This document shows positions 46,553-56,194 of a stretch of 64,000 nt of DNA, one piece after another (position 1 is the first letter of the stretch; each line of letters opens with the position of its first letter). This stretch comes from a virus (lineage: Duplodnaviria; Caudoviricetes). The DNA lies in IMG/VR virus record IMGVR_UViG_3300037851_000941, positions 13,801-77,800 of that record, one strand, 5' to 3'. The notes beneath the pieces are model-generated. The model searched no databases. It saw nothing but the letters and a program-made list of their open reading frames with translations, and was not told the DNA's origin. A program made the translations under genes and the position numbers.

Positions 46553-47144
46553 GTTGCACCTCCTTCTCGGTGAGCAGGGCGTGCAGGCGCCGCACGGCGG
46601 CCAGCGCGTAGAACAGCCGCGTGCTCGGCACCCGGCCGGCCGACCACGGGGTCGAGTCGCCAAGGGTCGCCGCCTCGTTCCCCAGCACCCGCAGATATTC
46701 CTCGTGCGTCTGGCAGCCCCGTAGGTGCTCCAGCAACCGCGCCCGCTGCTGGTACTCGTGCGTGTTGCCGGCGGCAGCCGCCACCCAGTCGCCCATCTCC
46801 TCGCGCATCACGGCGTCATCCCAGTCCACCAGGTCGGCACTGCCCCCGATGGCCGCCTTCTCGGCCGCGTAGTCGAGGTGTGCCGAGGCAACCCAGGCCA
46901 CGCGATCCACCGCCCCGGGAGGTCCGTAGCCGAAGACGACGTGCTGGATGTCGCCCCCCACGTACAGCTGCCGATTGGCCAGGCACACGACCTCGAAGCT
47001 GTAGAAGCCTGTCCAGTCGTCGGGCTCGTTGCACCGCTGCACCACCCACCAGCCGTCCGCCACCTGCTGCCTGATCGAGTGCTCGGAGAATCGGCTCTCC
47101 GCGATGCTGGACCACCTGCTCACCCACTCCGTTCGCTGCGTCAT
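46536..47144 (-). CDS. Hypothetical phage protein
   Basis: 202 aa with SD; LYVGGDIQHVVF motif. Confidence 0.65.
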   Translation of the reverse strand: MTQRTEWVSRWSSIAESRFSEHSIRQQVADGWWVVQRCNEPDDWTGFYSFEVVCLANRQLYVGGDIQHVVFGYGPPGAVDRVAWVASAHLDYAAEKAAIGGSADLVDWDDAVMREEMGDWVAAAAGNTHEYQQRARLLEHLRGCQTHEEYLRVLGNEAATLGDSTPWSAGRVPSTRLFYALAAVRRLHALLTEKEVQHGSHG

Positions 47145-47668
47145 CTTCCTTGCTCCTTTCGTTGTCGTTGTTGTCGACCACCGCTCTGCCCCATACGCGA
47201 CTGCACCAGACCCCAGGCCGCGATGCACAGCGCCTCGGCCTCGTCCTCGCCGGCGACCACGCCGAAGCGTGACCGCGCGTATGCCACCGCTGCGGGCTTG
47301 CCCAGTGCCCCGTTGCCGAGCACGAGCCGGCGCCACGTCTGCGGCAGCACCCGCGAGATGCGTGCCTTGGGCACCCCCGCCAGCTCCAGCGCGAGCGCCC
47401 AGCGTCCCCAGGCAGCACCGAGCCCGAAGACGGTCTTCGAGTTGCGGGCGTACTTCGCCCAGCCCGGCGACCAGGTCTCGGCCGCCACCGCTAGCCTCCC
47501 GCCGCCGCGCTTCTCCTGGTCGGTGGCCACCTGGACGGCCGCCACGATCTCGCTGGCAGAGCGCGCGGACCCGGATGCCACCCTGGCGCCCCGAGCATCG
47601 AGCACGGCCCAGCCGCTCGTGGCCCCCGGGTCGATGCCCAGGCAGCAGGACTCAGAACAGCGAGCCAC
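47141..47668 (-). CDS. RuvC-like Holliday junction resolvase
   Basis: LGIDPGATSGWAV, VAAE, PQTWRR, DEAEALCIA. Confidence 0.78.
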   Translation of the reverse strand: MARCSESCCLGIDPGATSGWAVLDARGARVASGSARSASEIVAAVQVATDQEKRGGGRLAVAAETWSPGWAKYARNSKTVFGLGAAWGRWALALELAGVPKARISRVLPQTWRRLVLGNGALGKPAAVAYARSRFGVVAGEDEAEALCIAAWGLVQSRMGQSGGRQQRQRKEQGR

Positions 47669-47999
47669 TGTCGCCCCCCGCCTGAGTGCCCCGGCGCACG
47701 CGCGCCCGTCCTGCTGTCATGGGCACCGCGTCGCCCGGCAGCTGCGCGGCCGATGCCCGACGCCCGCGCGCCCGCCCCGGCTCGGCCCCCGGAACTGCCA
47801 AGGGCGGCCTCGCCTTGGCGGCCAGCAGCTCGGGTCGCACCGCGTGCGGTCGCACCTGGCACTCGGCGCAGTAGTGCTCCGCCGTGCGCTGCTTGCCCTC
47901 GTCGACGAAGCGCACCGTCCACTCCGGCGGCAGGGCGCCGGTCTGCCGGGAGCAGGGCGCCTCGGCCGCGCAGCCGTCGCATCGATAAATGATGCTCAT
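47652..47999 (-). CDS. Zinc-ribbon hypothetical protein
   Basis: YRCDGC...HYCAEC. Confidence 0.6.
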   Translation of the reverse strand: MSIIYRCDGCAAEAPCSRQTGALPPEWTVRFVDEGKQRTAEHYCAECQVRPHAVRPELLAAKARPPLAVPGAEPGRARGRRASAAQLPGDAVPMTAGRARVRRGTQAGGDSGSLF

Positions 48000-48724
48000 G
48001 ACGACCCCGCCAGGCGACGGCGCCGCGCTCGCCTCGGCACCGACTCCTGCGGCGCCGCATCGGCCGGCGTGTCCTCGTCATCGCTCCCGGCCCCGGTCGG
48101 GGCTGCCCGACGCCGCTGCAGGGGCAGCGGGGGCTCCGTTTTGCCGCTCGGGGCGTGGGCGCGCGGCACGTAGCGCGGTGGACGCTGCCCGTTCAGGAGC
48201 CAGGTCGGCATCACGTCCTTCCGCCGACAGGCCCGCGCGACGGTCGTCTGCCGATCGACCCGATCCCGGCACAGCAGACCATCCTCGGTCAGCTCCCCGG
48301 CGGGCCAGTACCGCTGAATGTGGGCCAGCAGCTCGTCGCGCCGCGCCTCCAGGGCACCGTCGAGCCCCCCGCTGGCCTCGATGGACCGAAAGGTCTCCAG
48401 CACGTCGAGGAGCAGACCGAGGTTGCCCGCGCTCCACGCCTCGGCCCGCGCCACGTCGCCGCGCCACTCGGAGATCTTCGCGGCCAGCCGCTTGTCCTCG
48501 CGACTGGAGCGGGCGCTCTGCCCGCGCAGCATGGCCGCCCACACGTCGTTGTCATCCTCCGGCACCACGGCCGGTCGCTCCGGGAGCGCCGATGGCCTGT
48601 ACCTGGCCAGGTCGGCCAGCACCGCGTCCGCGATCACCAGTCGGGACGCCAGCGGCACCGGGCGCCCCTTGCCCATGCCGCTCAGCGCCTCCCCGATGAA
48701 CGCGGTCCAGTTCACCCTACCCAT
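47996..48724 (-). CDS. Hypothetical protein downstream of the replication protein
   Basis: 242 aa, TAGACG-ATG junction, no P-loop. Confidence 0.6.
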   Translation of the reverse strand: MGRVNWTAFIGEALSGMGKGRPVPLASRLVIADAVLADLARYRPSALPERPAVVPEDDNDVWAAMLRGQSARSSREDKRLAAKISEWRGDVARAEAWSAGNLGLLLDVLETFRSIEASGGLDGALEARRDELLAHIQRYWPAGELTEDGLLCRDRVDRQTTVARACRRKDVMPTWLLNGQRPPRYVPRAHAPSGKTEPPLPLQRRRAAPTGAGSDDEDTPADAAPQESVPRRARRRRLAGSS

Positions 48725-48727
48725 CGT

Positions 48728-49318
48728 CTACCTCCTTGGCTTGCGCCCCATCAGTGCCTTGGCCTCGCGGTTGAGGCGGTTGTACTCTTCCACGTCCCCG
48801 GCCTGCTTGGCCGCGCGTGCCGCGTCCTCCAGCTCGCGCAGCCACTCTGCGGCCTCCCCCGTCACGGGCTCGGGCGTCGCCGAGTCCGGCAGGCGCCCGA
48901 TGCGCTCGATATGGCCCTCCACGACCTCGCAGTTGCGGAAGATCGTCCTGATGTCCAGGTAGGTGGTGCCGGTCTCGTTCTCGCCGCAGTGGTACGGTGA
49001 CGACAGCGCGCCGTCCACCGCCCGCTTGAGGTCCGCGACGCTGAAGCCGTCGCTTGCCAGGCGTGCCCGGATCTTCTGCGCACGATCGGGGCTGAGGCGG
49101 GCACGCGCCTTGCCCGTGGCCTGTCGCCAGTGCTCGTAGACCTCCTGGATCGCCGACGCCAGGTCGGACTGCGCCTTCTGGACCCGCGTCTGGTAGATGG
49201 CATCCTCGGCGTCGCGCGTAGTACCGACACGCGCGGCCGGCCTGGCTGGCCCGGCGTCGTCTGCCTCGATGAGCATGGCCAGCTCGCGCAGCAGCTCCGC
49301 GATTCTCCTCTTGTCCAT
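48728..49318 (-). CDS. Phage replication protein (conserved phage C-terminus / DnaD-like)
   Basis: GGAGGGAG SD; VYEHWRQ...RAQKIRARL..GFSVADLKRAVDG...YLDIRTIFR. Confidence 0.65.
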   Translation of the reverse strand: MDKRRIAELLRELAMLIEADDAGPARPAARVGTTRDAEDAIYQTRVQKAQSDLASAIQEVYEHWRQATGKARARLSPDRAQKIRARLASDGFSVADLKRAVDGALSSPYHCGENETGTTYLDIRTIFRNCEVVEGHIERIGRLPDSATPEPVTGEAAEWLRELEDAARAAKQAGDVEEYNRLNREAKALMGRKPRR

Positions 49319-49352
49319 CGCTCCCTCCGATGAGTGAGGGTGAGCCGGGCAA

Positions 49353-49440
49353 CCCGCCCGACGATGGCGACCAAGCGCAGCCCGATACCAGCGAGCAAGG
49401 AAAGCTGACTCGGGGTTCCTGGTCGCCATCGTCGGGCGGG
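49353..49440. repeat. Perfect 21-bp inverted repeat with 46-nt spacer
   Basis: cccgcccgacgatggcgacca (49353-49373) / tggtcgccatcgtcgggcggg (49420-49440). Confidence 0.95.
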
Positions 49441-49464
49441 CCGCCCATGGCCCGCCCCGTCTGG

Positions 49465-50004
49465 CTAGAACGGCAGGTCGTCGTCCTGGATGCCCGGGTC
49501 GCCGTCGGCGTCCCCGGGGAACCCGCCGCGCCCGAGCGCCTGCCGCTCGGCCTCGTGCTCGGCGATCCACTGGTTGATGACCTCCACCTGCTTGTCGTCG
49601 ATGTCCCGAAGGAACATCTCGATGGTCGCGTACTTCGTGATCGCGCCCTGCTGGTTCGGCTCCGACCGGATGCCGACCCGCGCCAGGAACGGGCGGAAGC
49701 ACAGCGCCTCCCGGGTCTCCATGTCGCTGTCGAGGTCGAAGGGCTCCTGGTAATCCATGGCGGCGGTCCACCGGCCGAGCTTCCACCACGTCTCCTCGTT
49801 GGTGTAGACGCGCTCGGTGAACTGGTGGTCCTTGAGCGGCCCGTGAATGACGCGGAACTTGCACTTCAAGAACGGCTTGGCGTTGCGGCTCTGGCCGCGC
49901 GAGAACCCGATGCACGCCAGCAGGTAGTCGCCGGCCACGGTCAGGTAGCGGCCGTCATTGCCCTCGTCGCCTTGGTGCTGCTTTGGATCGAACTTCCTAC
50001 CCAT
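49465..50004 (-). CDS. Single-stranded DNA-binding protein (DUF669-like)
   Basis: GDYLLAC...FLKCKFRVIHGP; acidic tail ending DDDLPF; follows Sak4-like gene. Confidence 0.72.
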   Translation of the reverse strand: MGRKFDPKQHQGDEGNDGRYLTVAGDYLLACIGFSRGQSRNAKPFLKCKFRVIHGPLKDHQFTERVYTNEETWWKLGRWTAAMDYQEPFDLDSDMETREALCFRPFLARVGIRSEPNQQGAITKYATIEMFLRDIDDKQVEVINQWIAEHEAERQALGRGGFPGDADGDPGIQDDDLPF

Positions 50005-51010
50005 GATCTACCTCTCCTTCCGTTTCGTTCGAGCGCGGCGCGGTCGCTCGCGCATCGTTCCCGTTCTGTGCCTTTCGCCTGGCGGTGGTGCGCCTGGCAG
50101 TCGCCGGCGCCTTGCCCTGATGCAGCTCCGGGTCGGTGGCCGGCTCGTAGCCGCCGAGGTCCAGCGGGGGCACCGAGGCGGCCTCGGCATCCCGGCTTGA
50201 GACCCGGGCGATCCATGCCCCGAAGTGGGGCGGCTCCACGTCGCCCAGCGGGCGCAGCGGCTTGGTGGCCATCCAGCTTGGCCCTGCGAATCGAACGAAG
50301 TGCTGGTACTCGTAGGTCACCTTGCCGTCGTCGTCCTTGCGGGCGCGCTCCTTGATCGACGCGATGCCGGCCAGGTTCGTGGCCGCCACCAGCGCGTTGG
50401 GCATCGCGCGCATCGGGCACTCGGGGCCGATCACCCGGGACTGCTCCTCGCCCTCGCCGACCGTGCGGTCGTCCAGCAGCGCCAGGAACAGGACGTGGTA
50501 GGGCAGGTCGCGCGCCGCCCGAATGAGCTTCTCGCCGCGCTCGCGCAGCACGCCCCAGTACCGCTCGTGCTTGGCCTCGAGGCCGTCCTTGCCGATCTTC
50601 TTGCCGGCCGTCCTCTCGATGTCCTCGGAGATCAGCCGGAAGATGTCGGTCATGGAGTCGAAGACCACCGTCTGCGGCCGGCGATAGGGCAGGTTGGCCA
50701 CGACCGCCGCCGCGTCCTTGTCGCCCAGCAGCTTGCGCATGATGGTCGGGATGGGCTCCACCTCGTCCACCTGCAGGACCGAGACGGCGGCCCGCAGGTC
50801 GTCCAGCGTCTGAATCCAGATCGTCGGGGGCAGGGGCACCCCGAGCCGCTGCGCGGCGTCCTTGACCGCCTTGTACCCTTGCCGCTCCGACAGCAGGATG
50901 AGCGGCTCGGGCGCCGTCACCCCCAGCGTCGTCTTGCCGACGCCGCTCCTCCCGTACACCAGCACCTTGAGGTAGTCCTCCTGGGGCGCCTCGTTCAGAT
51001 AGATTGCCAT
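49997..51010 (-). CDS. Sak4-like / AAA_24 recombination ATPase
   Basis: KVLVYGRSGVGKTTL, TVVFDSMT. Confidence 0.82.
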   Translation of the reverse strand: MAIYLNEAPQEDYLKVLVYGRSGVGKTTLGVTAPEPLILLSERQGYKAVKDAAQRLGVPLPPTIWIQTLDDLRAAVSVLQVDEVEPIPTIMRKLLGDKDAAAVVANLPYRRPQTVVFDSMTDIFRLISEDIERTAGKKIGKDGLEAKHERYWGVLRERGEKLIRAARDLPYHVLFLALLDDRTVGEGEEQSRVIGPECPMRAMPNALVAATNLAGIASIKERARKDDDGKVTYEYQHFVRFAGPSWMATKPLRPLGDVEPPHFGAWIARVSSRDAEAASVPPLDLGGYEPATDPELHQGKAPATARRTTARRKAQNGNDARATAPRSNETEGEVDHG

Positions 51011-51633
51011 GCTGCTCTCCTTTCCTGTTCTTTTGTCTCCGCGGCGGACCGGGCCGTCGTCGGCTTTTTCCGGCCAGCCAAACCTCCACACCACACCACC
51101 CGGCAACCGAGCTTGCACAGGCGCGCTGCCAGCTCCCGATGCCGCTTCATCTGGCGCTCCGAGCACCGGCAGTCCGGGCCAGGATAGCCACCGCACGGGC
51201 AGGCCACCATCGTCGCCATGAGCCGGAAGCGCGCCGGCACATTGAGGTGGTGCGTCGTGCCGTGCATCTGCACGTAGCCGTCGGCGAGCGCGCCGAGCAC
51301 GGCATCGAGCACCGGACGCCTGAACTCCGGCGCCTCGTCGAGTAGCAAGGTGCCGCCGTGCGCGAGCGAAAGCTCGCCCGGTCGCCAGCGCCAGCCGTCC
51401 TGCACGATCCCGGTGATGGCCTGGACGCTGACCGTGTGGTGCGGGGCGCGGAGCGGCGCCGCTATGCCCAGCGCGGGCAGACCCGCCGCGCGCCGAACGT
51501 ACTCGACGGCACCGCCGGCCTCCCCCGGGTCCAGGCACCAGCCGTGGTGCTCGCGCGCCCACAGCACCTTCCCCGAGCCGGGCGGCCCGACGAGCAGCAC
51601 GTGATCGATCCTCTTCTCGCTCAGCTTCGCCAT
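50995..51633 (-). CDS. Truncated ComM/YifB (Mg-chelatase-family) AAA+ module
   Basis: GPPGSGKV, RAPHHTVS, PGELSLAHGGTLLLDEAPEF, CPCG..DCRC. Confidence 0.82.
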   Translation of the reverse strand: MAKLSEKRIDHVLLVGPPGSGKVLWAREHHGWCLDPGEAGGAVEYVRRAAGLPALGIAAPLRAPHHTVSVQAITGIVQDGWRWRPGELSLAHGGTLLLDEAPEFRRPVLDAVLGALADGYVQMHGTTHHLNVPARFRLMATMVACPCGGYPGPDCRCSERQMKRHRELAARLCKLGCRVVWCGGLAGRKKPTTARSAAETKEQERRAAWQSI

Positions 51634-51655
51634 GATCTCCCTCCGTGGTCTAGTA

Positions 51656-52084
51656 TCAATCGAACAGCCCGAGCTGCCGCGCGCCCTCGATCTGCTGGTT
51701 CAGGCGGCTCTGCGCTTCCTTGCGCTTCTTGAGCAGCAGGCTCAGCGCGTCCTTCTTGCCGGCCACCGCTTCCTCTGCCTCCTGGTGCGCCGTCACGATG
51801 ACGGCCAGCTTGCGCCGGCAGTCGGCCTCCGTGCCGTCGTCGTCCGACTCGATGGCACCGCGCAGCGCCGCCTCGGCGGCCCCCACGCGGAGCGCCCAGT
51901 GCTTGCGCTCGTCCTTTATCTGCCGCACCACGGCATCCAGCGCCAGGAGGCTCTTGCCAATGGCCTTGGCGGCCTTGAGGTTGCCGAGGTCGGCGGCCTC
52001 CTCCATTGCCCGCGCCGCCCGCTGCCCGTTGCCAGCCTTGCCGCGCGCACCACGCCTCTTCGTCGTCACCGTCTCGTTCTTCAT
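51656..52084 (-). CDS. Coiled-coil protein ending in a clamp-binding-like motif
   Basis: 142 aa; C-terminus QLGLFD*. Confidence 0.65.
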   Translation of the reverse strand: MKNETVTTKRRGARGKAGNGQRAARAMEEAADLGNLKAAKAIGKSLLALDAVVRQIKDERKHWALRVGAAEAALRGAIESDDDGTEADCRRKLAVIVTAHQEAEEAVAGKKDALSLLLKKRKEAQSRLNQQIEGARQLGLFD

Positions 52085-52362
52085 GTCTCGTACCTTTCCC
52101 GATGGCCCGCCGCGACGCGGCCGAGCCATGTCCTTGTTCTCTCCGTGTCATAGTGGTCGCGTCCGAAGATGCGACCCGTGTCGTGCCACCGCTGATGACA
52201 GCGGCGGCAGAGCGGGATGGCCTGGTCGTCGGGGGCCTTCTGCCCGAGGCCGCGCCTGCCGTGGTGGCTAGCCTCGCTCGGTGGCGGCGCCTGGCAGGCC
52301 GCGCACGGCATGGTCCGCAGCCAGGCCAGGTAGGCGGCGTCGCGCGTCGGCCCCCGCCTCAC
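52081..52362 (-). CDS. DUF968/HNH-like zinc-binding nuclease
   Basis: YLAWLRTMPCAAC...EASHH...IPLCRRCH. Confidence 0.7.
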   Translation of the reverse strand: MRRGPTRDAAYLAWLRTMPCAACQAPPPSEASHHGRRGLGQKAPDDQAIPLCRRCHQRWHDTGRIFGRDHYDTERTRTWLGRVAAGHRERYET

Positions 52363-52838
52363 AGCGCACGCACCATGGCCGCATCGAGCCGGCCCAGCGT
52401 GTCCGACACGCCGGCCAGACCGAGGTCGAGCAGCGGCAGGATGCGCTGCCGGAGCGCCTCGTACAGCTCCTGACGCCTGGCCTTCCGGGCGCGCTCGAAC
52501 ACGAGCACGTCGGCGGCCAGAGCGGCGGCCAGCACCTCGCCCCGGGTGGAGACCCGGAACGCCTTCTGCAGAGCCAGCCAGACGTCTCGCGGGACCTCGT
52601 AGCCGTCGAGGGCTCGGCGCACCAGGACGGCGCAGTGAGGACGAGCGTTGGCACCGCGCCAGTAGCTCCACGGCCACGCGCGAGTCGGGGGTCGCAGGCG
52701 CCCGGTCAGGTGCCGGCCCGCGTCCTCGCGGGCACTGGGCTCCCAGCGACCACGCTTATCCCGCGATCCTTCCGGGACCGAGCGCCTGTCGCGCCGCGAC
52801 TCCCACAGCGACCGCACCGCCTCCTGCTCACTGCTCAT
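52359..52838 (-). CDS. Hypothetical phage protein
   Basis: DKRGRWEPS...PPTRAWPWSY motif; coupled. Confidence 0.6.
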   Translation of the reverse strand: MSSEQEAVRSLWESRRDRRSVPEGSRDKRGRWEPSAREDAGRHLTGRLRPPTRAWPWSYWRGANARPHCAVLVRRALDGYEVPRDVWLALQKAFRVSTRGEVLAAALAADVLVFERARKARRQELYEALRQRILPLLDLGLAGVSDTLGRLDAAMVRAL

Positions 52839-54061
52839 GCCTCACCTCCTTGCTCGCTCTCTGCCTGGACCACCTCGACGTGCGGGTCATCCACGACCCG
52901 GAACTCGGACCGCAGCGACGGGGCGTCCTCGATGCAGACGCTCCGGTAGGGGCACCGTGGGCTCCACGGCGCGTTGCACTGGCTCGGGTTGCGCGTGATG
53001 GCAAGCTGCCCGCGCAGGGCGCCACGCAGGAGACCGGCCTCTGCCAGCGCCTCGGCCCTCCATCGCTCCACGAGCGCCGGTCCGTGGAACGCCTCGTGTC
53101 GGCACAAGTAGCGCGCGTCCGAGATGGGCAGCTGCGCCAGCCTGGTCTGCTGACGCTCCTGCAGCTCGCGCCAGCGCGTCGCCTGCTTCTTCGGGTCCTT
53201 CCTGTACCAGTCCGGCTCGCCTTGCGCGGCGAGCGCGGCGCGATAGCGGTCCTGCGTCGTGTCGATGGCTGCCACACTGACCGTGCCGTCTTGGTTCATC
53301 TTGGGCTCGGACGGCCCAGTCTTGCGCACGACGTTGTAGAACACGCGCCCGGCCGCCGCCTGGCCCGGCGCCAGGAGCGCCGCCACCAGGGCACCGGAGT
53401 CCACGAGCTGGCGCAGCGCGTAGACGTAACCCGTGGTCTGTGGGTCCATGTCGAGCTTGCCCTCGGCCGACGTGGCATCGCTCGCCGTGGACTTGTGCTC
53501 CCCCAGCACGTAGTCGCCCAGATCGGGGTCGTAGAGCACCAGATCGAAGACGCCCGCATAGCGCACTCGCGGCCGGGCGCGCCCACCGGCGTCCACCAGC
53601 CGCACACTAAACGGGTACTCCACCGCGACAACCCGATAGCGCCGGGCATCGTCCTCAACGAACCGCTCAACGAAGCGCCGCACCGAGTCCGACGCCTCCC
53701 GGGAAACCGTGCGCGACTCCTCCACCACGGCCTCCGCGTCCTCGCGCCCGGACTCAATGCGCTCGAACATCTCGACGAGGTAGCGGTCCAGCCGGTGCTT
53801 TACCGACCCGGCGGCGACGCTGGCCGCCTCCGCACCGCTGACGGGGAGGTCCTTGACCTGCGCACTCATTACGTGGCGATACGCGCCGGCCAGCCCAGCG
53901 TGGATGCAGTCCCCGGTGCTGAGCGGCCTCGGTGTGTAACGCGGACGCAGCAGCTCGTGGTAGGCGAACCACCACCGCTGCCTGCACGAGCGGAAGTTCT
54001 CCAGCTCGCTGTTCGTCACCTTGAGCACCTGGCGTGCCCGTGCTGCGGTTACCTGCCCCAT
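52835..54061 (-). CDS. PD-(D/E)XK exonuclease (RecB/Cas4-like, probable Fe-S)
   Basis: NSELENFRSC, GDCIH, GVFDLV, GEHKS, QTTGY, C...CPYRSVC. Confidence 0.85.
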   Translation of the reverse strand: MGQVTAARARQVLKVTNSELENFRSCRQRWWFAYHELLRPRYTPRPLSTGDCIHAGLAGAYRHVMSAQVKDLPVSGAEAASVAAGSVKHRLDRYLVEMFERIESGREDAEAVVEESRTVSREASDSVRRFVERFVEDDARRYRVVAVEYPFSVRLVDAGGRARPRVRYAGVFDLVLYDPDLGDYVLGEHKSTASDATSAEGKLDMDPQTTGYVYALRQLVDSGALVAALLAPGQAAAGRVFYNVVRKTGPSEPKMNQDGTVSVAAIDTTQDRYRAALAAQGEPDWYRKDPKKQATRWRELQERQQTRLAQLPISDARYLCRHEAFHGPALVERWRAEALAEAGLLRGALRGQLAITRNPSQCNAPWSPRCPYRSVCIEDAPSLRSEFRVVDDPHVEVVQAESEQGGEA

Positions 54062-54080
54062 GACTCCCTCCTTTGCATCC

Positions 54081-54371
54081 CTAGCTCGCCTTGCTCGCGC
54101 GGACCAGATCCTCGACCGAGCACCCCGCGCCCTTGGCCAGGCGGGCCAGGTCGCGCGGAGTGATCTGTGCCGCGTTGACCGTGCGCGACCACCAGATGGG
54201 GGTCACGCCCGCGCGGTCGGCGGCGTCCTTGTGGCAGAGCCCTTGCTCGGCCAGCTTCACGTTCAGGACGCGGCGCAGGTTGCGCAGCACCAGCGTCGGA
54301 CGGAACGCCGACACTCGCTCGCCCACCTCCGTTACCACGTCTTCTGTTTTCTTGGCCTTCGGCACATGCAC
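54081..54371 (-). CDS. XRE/Cro-like HTH regulator
   Basis: GLCHKDAADRAGVT...LARLAKGAGCSVEDLV. Confidence 0.7.
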   Translation of the reverse strand: MHVPKAKKTEDVVTEVGERVSAFRPTLVLRNLRRVLNVKLAEQGLCHKDAADRAGVTPIWWSRTVNAAQITPRDLARLAKGAGCSVEDLVRASKAS

Positions 54372-54441
54372 CTCCTTTGGTTAGACTCGCTCACGAGAGG
54401 GCAAGCGGGACGGCGCCCACGCGCCGCCCGCCGCCCGACCA

Positions 54442-55938
54442 TCACACCGAGAACACGGCATCGAGCTTCTGGCTCGCGCCGCCCATGTCACGCCGCTCGA
54501 TCTGCACGACCTCCCGGCTCGCCTTGTAGAGGCCGGCTTGCGCCCGCGCCTCAATCGCAATCGTGTAGAGCGTGGCGCCCGCCTCGGCCAGCGCCTTCGC
54601 CGGCGTCTCCACGTCGGAGCGGTCGTCGCCGTCGGTGATGAGCACCACGTCGGCATCCTTGCCTGGACGCCAGGTCTTGTCCGCTACCAGCACGCCGGCG
54701 CGGCCCAGCGCGCTGGCGATGTTCGTCCCGCCGCCCGAGAAGTATCCCAGGCACTCCAGCAGCCGCTCGGCCTCATACCTGGCCGGGTCGAACAGGAACT
54801 CGGCCGCAACCGAGCTGTTGAAGAACACGACGGCGAAGCCGCGCTTCTGGATGCGCGCCACCTCCATCATCGCCAGCGCGCACGCCTTGGCCCACGTGTC
54901 GCGGTGACCGCTCATCGAGCCCGAGGTGTCGATGCAGAAGATGATCGGCCCACGGGTCTTCGTGGTCTTGCCCCGCAGCTCGTACTGCAGGGCTCGCTTG
55001 TCCACGAGGTGCGAGAGCAGGATGCCCCGCGTCTCCGCGCGCACCATGAGCCCGACCTCCGATGCCAGCAGGCGCTGGAGGTCGTCGCCCTTGGTGACGC
55101 CATGCACCTCGTCGCGCTCCCGGTTCGCCTTGGTGCGCTGCTTGTTCCGGGCCTGCGTGCGCAGGCGCCCGGCCAGCACCGCGATCTCGCGCAGCCTCGG
55201 GTTGCCGACCATCTGCTTCGCCATCGCGCGGCGCTGGTCCGCGCCGGCCCCCGTCCCGCAGCCGAGGCCGTCGAGGCCCGACTCCATCTGCTCCAGGAAC
55301 TCGCCGGCGGCCTTGGCCGCCTCACGGATGGCAGAGCGCACAGGCACGCCGCCGGCCGCCTGCACTTGCTCCAGTGCCTTGGCAGAGGCGGCCTTCGCCG
55401 CCTTTACCCGACGCTGCACGTTGGCCCGCTGCTCCAGCAGCTTCGGGCTCACCCGCTTGCCGCCCTGCGCCTCCGAGAACTCGCGCAGCAGGTCCGCCTC
55501 GGCCTGTAGCGCCTCCAGGTCCTCCTTCGGCAGCTCGGCGGGCAGCCGCTGGCTGAGCACGCTGGCGGCCACGCCGGCCCCCAGCCCGGCGCGCCAGGCA
55601 TCGCCCTGCACGCGCCCTTCCAGGTCCTTCCACTCGGGCACGGCGTCGGCCTGTCGATGCAGCTCGCCGGCCCACTCCGCGCCCTCGCGCACCTTGTCCA
55701 GGGGCTTGGTGCCTATGCCATAGAGCCGTCCGAACAGCTCGCGGCAGAAGGCGCCCCAGTGCCCGGTGTCCGGCCGGAGGCCGACCGCCTCCGAGAGCGA
55801 GCCGCCGGACTGCGCCTCGCCCTTGAACAGCATCCGGGGCCACCGCTGCACCTGGTAGACCAGGTCCTCGTTGGCCGCCGCCAGCTTGCCCGCCGCCGGC
55901 GCCTCGTCTTCCCGGCTCCACGCCTTAGCGGCTCCCAT
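54442..55938 (-). CDS. vWA-domain protein (ViaA-like)
   Basis: MIDAS: CIDTSGSMSG, GGTNI, LITDG. Confidence 0.87.
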   Translation of the reverse strand: MGAAKAWSREDEAPAAGKLAAANEDLVYQVQRWPRMLFKGEAQSGGSLSEAVGLRPDTGHWGAFCRELFGRLYGIGTKPLDKVREGAEWAGELHRQADAVPEWKDLEGRVQGDAWRAGLGAGVAASVLSQRLPAELPKEDLEALQAEADLLREFSEAQGGKRVSPKLLEQRANVQRRVKAAKAASAKALEQVQAAGGVPVRSAIREAAKAAGEFLEQMESGLDGLGCGTGAGADQRRAMAKQMVGNPRLREIAVLAGRLRTQARNKQRTKANRERDEVHGVTKGDDLQRLLASEVGLMVRAETRGILLSHLVDKRALQYELRGKTTKTRGPIIFCIDTSGSMSGHRDTWAKACALAMMEVARIQKRGFAVVFFNSSVAAEFLFDPARYEAERLLECLGYFSGGGTNIASALGRAGVLVADKTWRPGKDADVVLITDGDDRSDVETPAKALAEAGATLYTIAIEARAQAGLYKASREVVQIERRDMGGASQKLDAVFSV

Positions 55939-56185
55939 GGTCACCTCCTGCCCTGCGGCGGATCGAGCGCACGTTGCCATGCACCTGATAAAGGAAGTAC
56001 GCCTGCGCTACGCGGCAGATCGCCTCGAACGCCTCGGGCGTCGGGCGCTCACTCCATGCCCTGCCCCGGAGCGTCGAGAAGCCGGAGCGCGCCAGGCGCT
56101 CGGCCACCTCGGTCGGGGAGGTCTTGGGCCGCTCGCTGAGCAGCCCGTCGATGGCCCGCACGATGTCCGTCGTGGTGAGGTCCAT
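55925..56185 (-). CDS. Hypothetical HTH-like protein
   Basis: 86 aa; EVAERLARSGFSTLRGRAWS. Confidence 0.55.
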   Translation of the reverse strand: MDLTTTDIVRAIDGLLSERPKTSPTEVAERLARSGFSTLRGRAWSERPTPEAFEAICRVAQAYFLYQVHGNVRSIRRRAGGDHGSR

Positions 56186-56194
56186 GCTGCCACC

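Noticed and set aside
52835-54061. Cas4 / CRISPR adaptation gene
   Set aside because: No cas1, cas2 or array; context with Sak4-like and SSB genes indicates a phage recombination exonuclease
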